Source: Naegleria gruberi (Eukaryota). Taken from it: a DNA stretch of 64,000 nucleotides. Below the pieces are notes generated by a model. That model was not told the DNA's origin and did not search any database. It saw only the letters and a program-made list of their open reading frames with translations. Positions 1 to 9,348 of the stretch are shown here, piece after piece (the stretch's first letter is position 1; each line of letters starts with the position of its first letter). The position numbers were made by a program, and so were the translations under genes. The stretch is from NCBI GenBank assembly GCA_000004985.1, contig GG738869.1. One strand, given 5' to 3'.

Positions 1-1
1 A

Positions 2-808
2 GAGCAACAAAAGGTATCAAAAAAGAATGCAAAGAAAGCTGTTGATGATGCTACTCAAATGACAGTGGAGAAGGCTTCATTTGTTAATTTGGTTATTTCA
101 AGAATTCCATTCACTCAATCTCATAATTATTACTATCAGAATGATTTAGTTTACTCTAGGAGACCTGCTAATGTTATTACTCTCGCCAATCAAATGGTAA
201 TGGTCAATTTGCACTTGAAAGCTTACAAAGAATGCCATCCTATCAGAAAGAAGCAATTGAAATGTATCTATTCACTATTTAGAATTCCAAGAGTTGATTT
301 CAAAATGCATGAAGAAAATAAGGAAAGTTCTCAAAGCTCAACAATTTTGGAGGACGAAAGCAGATTTACCTATCATTTTGGTATTGAGGAGTTAAATCCA
401 AAATCTTTGCTCTTTACTGAGAAGAAGGAATTTTCAGAAATTTATGAAAATGTAAAATATGTATTGATGTGTGGAGATTACAATCTTAATCATGATTTTG
501 AGGAACACATGATTTCTGATTATGATCTAGAGGATGTATATGCCAAACTATATCCAGAAAAGATTGGATCAGTCGAATCTCTTACTTTCGACCATCAAAA
601 CAATCCAATTGTGAACTTGTTTTCAGAAGACTCTCGAGGAAGATGCAGATATGACAGAATGATTGTTCACAGCCATAATATTGCCAACTCAAATCTAATT
701 CTTGAGCCAACCACATGCCAAGTTGTGGAAAACAAAGCGTTTGAGGATAATATCTTTGCAAGTGATCATTTTGGATTAGTAACAGAGTTTTCCATTTCGA
801 AACAATAA
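2..808 (+). CDS. Endonuclease/exonuclease/phosphatase (EEP) fold protein, TDP2-like; 5' end lies outside the window
   Basis: The frame is open from nt 2; the listed ORF 59..808 is only the Met-initiated part. Motifs CGDYNLNH and the C-terminal ASDHFGLVTEF match EEP-family catalytic signatures. Stop TAA at 806-808. Confidence 0.65.
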   Translation, partial: EQQKVSKKNAKKAVDDATQMTVEKASFVNLVISRIPFTQSHNYYYQNDLVYSRRPANVITLANQMVMVNLHLKAYKECHPIRKKQLKCIYSLFRIPRVDFKMHEENKESSQSSTILEDESRFTYHFGIEELNPKSLLFTEKKEFSEIYENVKYVLMCGDYNLNHDFEEHMISDYDLEDVYAKLYPEKIGSVESLTFDHQNNPIVNLFSEDSRGRCRYDRMIVHSHNIANSNLILEPTTCQVVENKAFEDNIFASDHFGLVTEFSISKQ

Positions 809-831
809 ATCAGCAAGGTATTTATTTACAA

Positions 832-2196
832 TTATTGGGTTGGTTCTCCAAAGAAAGTATCAGAAAGTTTGGTACGTTGGGCTTTTTCTTTCATATTCCA
901 AGTAAAGTCAGCAAATAAGGCATGTTGACCACCTCTCAAAATATTTCTAGAATCACCCTTGATTGTTTGATACATTTCATTTTCTTCAAAGCAATCAAAG
1001 TATCTATGGTCAATTTCACTCTCTAATTCTGGAACAAATGGAGGTTGAATATGTCTGATATTTTCCCAATTAATACCAGAAAAGAATGGATGGTTCTTAA
1101 TATCTTCTACACCATTAGTACCAATTCTATCTTCTGGATCACAGAGAAGTTTGAGAATGAGATCTTTTGCTTCATCTGACAAGACCACGTCGCTTGGGAA
1201 TTGAAGGTTTTCCTTCCACCTAATAATTCTGTGACATGTTTGAGCTGGAGGTTCATCATAAGAAAATGGTGGATAACCACACAACATTTCAAACATGATA
1301 ATACCAACAGACCACCAATCACATTCCAAACCATATCCCTTCTTTAACAAAACTTCTGGTGCAATATAACCAGTACTACCAACAGTAGAATATAACTTGA
1401 CACGACCTTTCTTTCTCCATTCATCTCTTTGTTTACCAGTTTCCACAATAGTAGAATTTAATTCACTGGCAGCTTCTTCTATTGATTTTCTTGCATCTTC
1501 AGATCCAGATTCCTCTTTATATGGTTTGGACAGGCCAAAATCACTCAATTTAATGTGACCCATTCCATCAAGTAAAATATTGTCCGGCTAATTTTTGAAT
1601 GAGAATCATTCCAAAATAATTCAACAACCTACCTTCAAGTCTCTATGTACATATCCTAAAGCATGAATTGATCCAACTGCCATCACTAATTCCGCAATAT
1701 AAAACCTTGTTTCTTCCTCAGTAAAATATTCCTTGTGAATTAACCAAGTCATCATATCACCACCTGGCAAAAATTCCATAACTAAATACAAGTATTCATC
1801 ATCTTGGAAAGAGCAATGCAATCCTACAATCCACTCGTTGAATTGACTGTTCTCGCCAGAATCGGCCATCAAATTTCTTTCAGTTCTTACGTGTTGGACC
1901 TGATTCTTTCTCATCATTTCAGTCTTTTTCAACATTTTCATAGCTGAAATTTTTCCTGTTTGTTTATCTTTAACAAGACGAACTTCACCAAAAGCACCTC
2001 TTCCGATAACAGCAATTTTATCAAAATCCTTTACAGATTTTGGTTTTGCCTTCTCGGACCAAGTTATTTTCTTTCTATTGGTGATCAATTTTTGTCCTTT
2101 ATACTTATCCTCAAGAAGTGACTTGGCAACAGCAACAGTATCTTGGGTTAATTGAGACAACTTTGGTTGTGTCGGATACGAAGTTGATGGATTCAT
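832..2196 (-). CDS. NDR/LATS-type AGC Ser/Thr protein kinase, 2 exons, 439 aa
   Basis: Exons 1633..2196 and 832..1587 are joined across a 45-nt intron (1588..1632, GTAGGT...TTAG). The junction restores HRDLK|[20 protein letters not shown]. Kinase motifs present: glycine loop GRGAFGEV and beta3 Lys in AMKMLKK. A long basic insert between DFG and YIAPE is typical of NDR/LATS kinases. Confidence 0.85.
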
Positions 2197-2827
2197 ATTT
2201 TCTCTCTATACAAATAAATATATATTCAAAATACAATTTCTTCTCTACAAGTCAATGAAATGATACTACTACAACTATAATATCCAATAATACTAATAAT
2301 ATAGCAATATAAAAATCTTCCTATACAACAATTACTACAATAATGATTCTCAAAAATGATGATCGCTCGCTCGGGTACAGCACGGTGATGGTTTTGGTAA
2401 TAAAAACTTGATGATGAGGAATTTACTCGCTTCGTGCGATTACAGCTTGAGCAATTTTTTTTTTTAGAAATTTTTTGTGTTCATTGGCCATGAGAGGTGT
2501 TTTCCGTTGGTAGCGGACATTTGGAACGGCTTTCTAGGAGAGGTTCAGAGTTTGTCAGAATTTTGTAAAGTATTAAGAGTTTCTGAAATGGATTGAAGGA
2601 TGAACAGAGCAATCTGTTTGTGGTTGATATTAATCATGTCTTGTTGGAATTTCAATTCGGTTGACTGAGAAGATTGATGGTGTTATTAAAAAGGAAGTCA
2701 AGTGGTCAACTGGTTTACTATTAGAAAATTGAGTAGATCTTTAAAAAATGGTTTATTGTTTGAAAATTGTGTTTTATTTGATACAATGAACCACCATTTC
2801 TGAAATAGTTCAAAACTTCCTTGGATC

Positions 2828-5092
2828 TTATTTTCTTTTCCAGCGGGATTCAGGTACTGGTTTTTTGGATGTTAATTCCTCTCTTACTGTCAATTTAAAC
2901 TTCTTGATAAATAATAAAATTGTTGGAATATTGTTGGATTGCAAAACTGAAAGTAAAATTTCGAATGGAGAATCTCCATTATCATTCTTCTTGTTGATCA
3001 CTTCAGGAATTCTAGAAAGAACAGAGAGAAATAATGGTACTGATTCTGAATTGCTACAAAACATGGCAATAATGTGGAAAATTGTGTTTCCTTCAAAGTG
3101 TTGAGTTTCAAATAATGAATAATCTTCCATTTCCATTTGCAATAAAAATACATTCAATAGAGAGGGTACCACTTTCAATACTTGTATAAACAGTGGTAGG
3201 GATGTTTCAAAAGTGCTGTTTGATCTTTGTATTGTAAAGGGATATTGCTGAGAAAGTATTTGATAAAGTTGTTTAGGATTTTCCACAAGCATTTCAATAA
3301 CCTTGCTCGTCATCAATTCATGAGAAGTGTTGTTTAACGATTCATTGAGTAAGAATGAATAAAAGTCATCATTTGATAGAGAATGAGAAATTCTTGTGAA
3401 TACTTCTACTGAAACATTGGAAAAGAATGGAATTTCTTTCAATTGATTAGTAAAATCCCAGCCATATGAAATTGCATCATCTACAAGAAATTTGCATGGA
3501 ACGGATATTCTGAATAATCTTCCTTTTTGATACTTGTTTGAAAGGTAAACTAAATATTGAAAGCTTGTTGAATCAAAATTTGGATATTCTAATATCTCAA
3601 TAGGAAAATTACATTTGACGAAGAGATAATCAAAGAAATCTTTTCTCCAACTCTTTTCAAAATTTGGTAAAGAAGCAACATTTGCAGTTTCCCATAACAA
3701 CATTCCAAAACATGTTAAATGCTCATCAATCATTTTGCGAGCTTGTGAGAAATCAGTGTAAATATTGAGCTCATAACTTGAATCAATAACTGGTTTTCTA
3801 TTTGGTGCATTATAAATATCAAACTTATTTACACTAAAAGATTCTAAGATTCTGTTAATGCTACTATCACCAAAAACAATCAAGTGTTCTATGCTCAATT
3901 TGGCTCTATTCTTTGCATTTGTAGATGAGGGATAGATGTTCTGCTGTTCACCATGGCATAAAATCACTGTTTTCAATTGCTTACAAACTTTGACTATTTG
4001 GTATATAATTTCAGGGCAAAACACAATCTTCTTGATAGTTGAATTTTCTCCCACAAAGGCTGACAAAAATTCATTACTAAATGTTGTACGTTCCATACTA
4101 AAACGTCTCATTGTTTTGGACTTACAAGCAGCCAACCAAATATTATTTGTGGAATAAGGTGTGCTAGAATTGCTACCAGAAAAGGTGGCATTCTCAATGG
4201 AAAAATCTTGCTCTTCTGTTGATGATGTTTGAGCTCCACTACCTGAACTTGTACCAAAACTAAAACCACCTGAAGAGGTAATACTACTCCCACCAAAACT
4301 AAAACCACCTGAGGAGGTATCGTCTCTACCAATACTACTCCTTCTAACTCTAACTGGTCTAGCCTGTGGCGAGGTTGCTCCACTAGTTTCATTAAGTGAA
4401 GGTTTCACATTCGAGGTATCTATCTTTGAAAAGTTATTTTCAAATGTAAATTCATCTGTGTTTGAAGATTCACTTGCAACATATTTCACATCTTGATATA
4501 AATATAATGAATCAGAACTTTTGCCAGATAAGGAATATTTGGTTTGCTCTCTTAGTAAGGTGTAGATATATTTGAGATCTGTTGTATCTGAAATCAATAG
4601 ACTTTCGATAGTCAAAAGTTTCTTCATCATTCTACCGTTGAAATGCTTTGAGATAATTCTCATCTTGTGGAAAGTAACAAAACTTGAATCTATTCTAAAT
4701 GAATTTGTTCTTTCGATAGGATGTGGAAATTTAATGGATGCTAAACGATCCTCATCTTTTCTGATCGATTTATATTTGGAAAAAGTTGGAATGAATTCAA
4801 TAATTTCATAACAAATATTCATATCTAATAGTTGTAATAATTTTACATCAATTTCTTCATTATGATCGATTTGTGGATTTTCTATGGCTTTCTCCTGATC
4901 AGTACGAATCCACTCTTTTACAGTAGAACAGCATGCTACATATTGATCATTGATCAATTGATCAACAAGACTTTTATCCGAAACAAACTTTGGGGTTAAA
5001 GAAAAATCGTCAGAAATCCTGTTCAACTTGGTGCTAACAACATCTGCAACACTTGCTCGAGTGTTTTGTACTGGATTGCGAATAATTCTCAT
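2828..5092 (-). CDS. Hypothetical protein with Gly/Ser-rich GGFSFG repeats and a C-terminal ankyrin-like repeat
   Basis: Long ORF. The track start at 5134 is a TTG; the first ATG is at 5092 (MRIIRNP...). Internal SSGGFSFGGSSITSSGGFSFGTSSGSG low-complexity tract. C-terminal GNTIFHIIAMF...NDNGDSPFEILL resembles an ankyrin repeat. Confidence 0.5.
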   Translation of the reverse strand: MRIIRNPVQNTRASVADVVSTKLNRISDDFSLTPKFVSDKSLVDQLINDQYVACCSTVKEWIRTDQEKAIENPQIDHNEEIDVKLLQLLDMNICYEIIEFIPTFSKYKSIRKDEDRLASIKFPHPIERTNSFRIDSSFVTFHKMRIISKHFNGRMMKKLLTIESLLISDTTDLKYIYTLLREQTKYSLSGKSSDSLYLYQDVKYVASESSNTDEFTFENNFSKIDTSNVKPSLNETSGATSPQARPVRVRRSSIGRDDTSSGGFSFGGSSITSSGGFSFGTSSGSGAQTSSTEEQDFSIENATFSGSNSSTPYSTNNIWLAACKSKTMRRFSMERTTFSNEFLSAFVGENSTIKKIVFCPEIIYQIVKVCKQLKTVILCHGEQQNIYPSSTNAKNRAKLSIEHLIVFGDSSINRILESFSVNKFDIYNAPNRKPVIDSSYELNIYTDFSQARKMIDEHLTCFGMLLWETANVASLPNFEKSWRKDFFDYLFVKCNFPIEILEYPNFDSTSFQYLVYLSNKYQKGRLFRISVPCKFLVDDAISYGWDFTNQLKEIPFFSNVSVEVFTRISHSLSNDDFYSFLLNESLNNTSHELMTSKVIEMLVENPKQLYQILSQQYPFTIQRSNSTFETSLPLFIQVLKVVPSLLNVFLLQMEMEDYSLFETQHFEGNTIFHIIAMFCSNSESVPLFLSVLSRIPEVINKKNDNGDSPFEILLSVLQSNNIPTILLFIKKFKLTVREELTSKKPVPESRWKRK

Positions 5093-5183
5093 TATGCTGC
5101 ACTTTTTTTGATGATTTTTTCTTGTTCGTACCAACTTCGTTTCAACAGTTTACAATGAAAAACCAATGTGTTTATTGAATGAA

Positions 5184-6410
5184 CTAGTCCACTTCTGGTA
5201 CTTCCTCTTTTTCTTCTTGTTTCTGTGTGTCTGATTCAGTATCTTCATATTGCTCTTCGTTATTTTCATCCTTGTTGGTTTCTTCCTTTTTACTTTCTGG
5301 CGTTTCATGCTTACTGATTTGGATACCAGCCATAAGCTTACTAATATCACTCATCATAGGCATTTGCATAGCTGTTTGAGGTGGGATGTTCATTTGTGGT
5401 GGAGGTGTACCACTAGGTATCGTTGGTTGTCTGAACATTGCAAATGGATTTCCTTGCATTCCTTGTAAGAATGGTGAAGCAAATCTTCCAACTTCTCCCA
5501 TCATTCTATTCATCATTCTTTCTTCCCAATGTTTCATTCTTTCATCAACACATTCATTAATATAATTCTTCAAATCTTCCTTGGATTTAAATTCATTCAA
5601 GAGTATTGGATTTTCTGGAATATCGTTCAATGTTTCCATTTTAGGAGGTAAAGTTGGTTTAGGCATTTCTTGTTCAACCTTCCTCTCGGAAGCCACATTA
5701 TCAATGGTTTTTGTGATTGGCATTATTTGACCTACTATCATACTCATTTGCTTAGCTGTTGGATTATTCATTCCATTCATTAAATTCATTAACATTCTAG
5801 GATCGCTCATTAGTGCACTCATAGCTCCAGAAAATTGTTTCGATTCAGTTTCTCCTCCCATTGCTATCGACTGATTTTGATTCAATAATTTTTCTCCCCT
5901 TCTTTTACCATGAAAAATTATAGCAGAGACACAAATTTTTGTCTGTTTAGCAATTCTATCAGGATAATCCAATGATAAGAATTTCAAAGTAAAATTTGAA
6001 TGTCTCTGAATCTTCCTCTCACTCTGATTACTATCCAAACATACACAATTATACTGATAGGCATTATCCTCTCCAATCTTTTCAGTAAATCTACAAGTTT
6101 GTCCATATTCCTTTTCCTTAGAAGTATACAATTCCACAGTCCTAGCAGTACTAAAAATATCAATACTCGTCCATTCAATCATATAATCAAATTCTATCGT
6201 CAATTCAAAATACTTTTCATCATCAACTTTTTCAAAAACAACAAAGCCTCTCTTTTCTTGATTTTTTTCATAATCTTCAATATCATCGGTATGAATTAAT
6301 TTTCCAAATAATTCTGTAGGCTCGGAAGAAAATTGCCAATTTGCCTTCACATTCGGAAGAGAAGGAGGAGGGCAGACTAACGGTTCACCATCATTTGCAT
6401 TTTCTGTCAT
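5184..6410 (-). CDS. Hypothetical protein, Met/Gln/Pro-rich C-terminal half, acidic tail
   Basis: 408-aa ORF whose ATG is preceded by an A-run (aaaaaaaaATG on the minus strand). No family recognised by eye. Confidence 0.55.
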   Translation of the reverse strand: MTENANDGEPLVCPPPSLPNVKANWQFSSEPTELFGKLIHTDDIEDYEKNQEKRGFVVFEKVDDEKYFELTIEFDYMIEWTSIDIFSTARTVELYTSKEKEYGQTCRFTEKIGEDNAYQYNCVCLDSNQSERKIQRHSNFTLKFLSLDYPDRIAKQTKICVSAIIFHGKRRGEKLLNQNQSIAMGGETESKQFSGAMSALMSDPRMLMNLMNGMNNPTAKQMSMIVGQIMPITKTIDNVASERKVEQEMPKPTLPPKMETLNDIPENPILLNEFKSKEDLKNYINECVDERMKHWEERMMNRMMGEVGRFASPFLQGMQGNPFAMFRQPTIPSGTPPPQMNIPPQTAMQMPMMSDISKLMAGIQISKHETPESKKEETNKDENNEEQYEDTESDTQKQEEKEEVPEVD

Positions 6411-6687
6411 TTTTTTTTAATAATAATAATATATTAATATTAATTCGATATATTTAATTAAGATTATTAATGGATACTGGGAGGTACATGTAAATTATAA
6501 TTATTATTACATCTTATTCTTTTTTAATTCAAATATAATGAGGTTACATCGACCAAAATCTCACAAATTCAATCAACGAATTTCCATAATGTTCCAGCGA
6601 CATTTGAAGTCTTGATTACAATTTCCATTCCGTTTATTGTCATCTTCCAAATTGAAACTCCAACGTTCTGCAGCATACTACAAAAAA

Positions 6688-8304
6688 ATGGGTCAAGGAC
6701 AAGGTCTATCCGCCTCTGATTCTGATGTTCTATTCGAAGAATCTGAATCACAAGAACAACAATATCAGAAAGTAATCTCTGCACAAGAGATGGCAAAATA
6801 TGTACGTACAATGTGTTATGTTCTATATCTCTCTAATTATAATTTATATTACGATATAGCAAAAAGTGATCAAGTCAAAATTGTCGGAATTAACTTGTTT
6901 CGGTAGCATTCCACCACTTGTTTTGAATGATTTGCTTTCGAATCTATTCCTGAAAGACTCTATAAAAAAGTATTACCTCTCATCTACACCTGAAGGTACC
7001 ATTGAATATGTAGGTTTTATTGTCATCATTTCCAAATATTTATTAATGTATATTACATGAAAATAACAAAATGATGATAATAATTGTGTGTTTTATTCCG
7101 ACTGATTATGATGATGCTCATTACGATGATTAAATGGAACTTGACTGGCGTACAATGATGTTCTTCAAAAATGACGTACGACACGCTATTTTGGATCATG
7201 ATTTGATGTGGAAATTTTTAATGCGGCTATTTGGAATCAAACTATTTGGCTATTATTCTAAACTACGTGAAATAATCAAATAGTTGGGAAGTTTGTTGAC
7301 AATTTACGAAACCAACGATAAAAATCAACACAATTTCTATCGTAATGTAAAATTGAATCAATATGTGACGGAAATGAATGAAAGGCAAAAGATTCCACAC
7401 GATAAAATTTTAAAAGTGAGATTAGTTTTGATTCAGACACCCAAAGACTATTCTACTTTGAATTTATTTGATTTACTTTCACCAGTTTTGGATAATTTTT
7501 CAGGGCTCTCTCCATCCCAAGCTTTTAATTTAGCCAATAATGAGGAAAATTTTGAAAATCAACCAATTACAGATGTTCAATTAACACCTGCAATTGCTAT
7601 TGGACCATTTTTGTTATATTATAATTCATTAGGTAAGTTTCAGTTGAATTCAAACTAATAGTTTGTTATTAATAGGTCTTGTAATTCCTAAAAGAGTTGT
7701 TGGCGAAGCATCATTTATTCTTTCAGAAATTGATCCATTTGCTTGTATATATTTAAATGATGAAACTCTCCATCGGTTGTCAACCATAGTTTTTGATTGG
7801 AATATCACTGCGAGATACTCTGTACAAACCAATAATTCACAACATTTTGTTGATTCACTGGCTACTCTATTCAAAATTTCATTGGTTGATAATCCAACAC
7901 TTGCTGAATATTTAAAATCTGTGAGATCGAACGGAATTGGTGATTGCACAATACCTTTCTCTGAAGCATTTAGGGAACAGTTCAAAGTTAAGAAAACTGA
8001 AAAAACATTCACAGATAGAAATGAGCTTTTGACTTTTACTTCCAAATTGGCTCAACGTAAATTTTCCAAAGAATCATTTCCAAACGAATGGAAATTATTC
8101 CACAATTTTGAAAGAATGTTTTGGAGTGAAATGATCCAGAGAGAGAAATACTATTTACTTGCTCATAAAGCAAAGGAAATCAAACGGAGCAGTGTGGACA
8201 ATCCAACAAGACACTCCATCTCAACCTCGACCATTGAAGAGAATATCTTTGGAGATGGAACCAAACTTTTTGCAAAATTACCAACTGTTCATGATTGGTT
8301 TTAA
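6688..8304 (+). CDS. Four-exon gene, 413 aa: MGQGQG N-terminus (possible N-myristoylation) and a C-terminal NlpC/P60-superfamily (LRAT/PLAAT- or PPPDE-like) signature with Ser replacing the nucleophile Cys
   Basis: Exons 6688..6801, 6860..7009, 7284..7632 and 7676..8304; total 1242 nt, in frame. Introns: 6802..6859 (GTACGT..ATAG), 7010..7283 (GTAGGT..ATAG, 274 nt, AG-free) and 7633..7675 (GTAAGT..ATAG). The motif RYSVQTNNSQHFVDSL at 7816-7851 resembles YSLLWNNCEHFV / NCNHF. The exon 2 to exon 3 junction is the least certain. Confidence 0.5.
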
Positions 8305-8478
8305 ATTATAATTTGCTTCATCATACATGTAATAAAAATTTAAGGATCTGTTTGTGATAATGAAATTCAATTCAATCGAGATCTTTAAAGATTCTCATAT
8401 TGAAAAACTTCAAGTTCATGACCTCTACCAAAATAAGAAAATTATTGTAAAATCAACAAGAAAACAAAATTAAAAAAA

Positions 8479-9072
8479 ATGTTCCTCTCTGATGATATTA
8501 TTATCAACATTTTTAAGCCACTCCTAGAATTCTGTCACTTTATTCAGCTCCGAGCTGTTAATTCTCATCTCTGTCGCTTAATTACCTCAAATTTAGAAGA
8601 AAATAATCAAATCATCAAGAAGGGAACACAACTGATCATTTTGAAAGGCAGTTTTAGAATTAGAGGTGATGTATTACTTCCCTTTACTGAAATTTTACGT
8701 AAACAGGAAATCAAATCTCAACACGTGATTGATGAATTCAACAGGAAGGATTATGGAAGATTATTTAAATTTTCTGATTTGGAATATGCTAGAACAAATA
8801 ATGCCTCTTTTAGAACTGAGTCTTTCCTACCACCAAACAATAGAAATTTAATTACTATCAAACATACTATCTCAGATCCTAATGATGATAGTGCTGTATG
8901 TTGTGCTAATTGTAAGATTGATTTGATTTTATCACCAACACAATCGAAAGCATGGAAAGAGGAAAATGGGTGTGTTGTTGGAATGGTTTCGAATGAATAT
9001 TTTGATTTGGTGTGGCATTATGATTTTCTTACTGGAATACGAGTTTATGTAAATATTTGTACAATCATGTAA
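8479..9072 (+). CDS. Hypothetical protein with F-box-like N-terminus
   Basis: 197-aa ORF with aaaaaaaATG context. The N-terminal LSDDIIINIFKPLLEF...LRAVNSHLCRLI resembles an F-box. Confidence 0.5.
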   Translation: MFLSDDIIINIFKPLLEFCHFIQLRAVNSHLCRLITSNLEENNQIIKKGTQLIILKGSFRIRGDVLLPFTEILRKQEIKSQHVIDEFNRKDYGRLFKFSDLEYARTNNASFRTESFLPPNNRNLITIKHTISDPNDDSAVCCANCKIDLILSPTQSKAWKEENGCVVGMVSNEYFDLVWHYDFLTGIRVYVNICTIM

Positions 9073-9348
9073 AATAGGATTGAGTTTTGTGATGAAATGA
9101 AGTTCAAGATGGATTTGATAATTCAGCCAAAATGAATTGAGTAACCGAATGAATAGAACTGTTTTTGTATGGCTTTCCTCAATTAACTTGTTTAATTAAT
9201 AGTTTTTCAAATAAATATGAACGTTTATGAAGAAAAGTCTTCTTTCGAATAAGAAACATACTGAAACAGAAAATGGTCGTGTAGTGTACAACATTGGCAA
9301 ATCGTTTGCAATAGCCAAAACAAGCAACATCCACTCATTCCCAGCCAA

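Noticed and set aside
2357-2465. Relatively GC-rich ~100-nt stretch with TGATGA boxes (2357, 2409, 2412), a small TCGC-TTCGT-GCGA hairpin and a T11 run; considered as a C/D snoRNA or Pol III small RNA
   Set aside because: No canonical D box (CTGA) precedes the T-run and there is no convincing terminal stem. The region is also the 5' flank of the NDR kinase gene, so it may simply be promoter or UTR.
4108-4392. 94-aa Val/Leu-rich ORF and other short ORFs inside 2828-5134
   Set aside because: They are an alternative-frame reading of the Gly/Ser repeat region of the long minus-strand gene and show no start context.
7010-7060. Read-through of the exon 2 donor gives GTIEYVGFIVIISKY, which resembles an EF-hand exiting helix (recoverin GTIDFREFIIALS), suggesting a short 105-aa EF-hand-like protein ending at 7060
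   Set aside because: The GTAGGTTTT donor matches other donors in the window. The whole 7010-7283 span is AG-free, as expected for an intron. The read-through product would terminate after one partial EF-hand-like helix.
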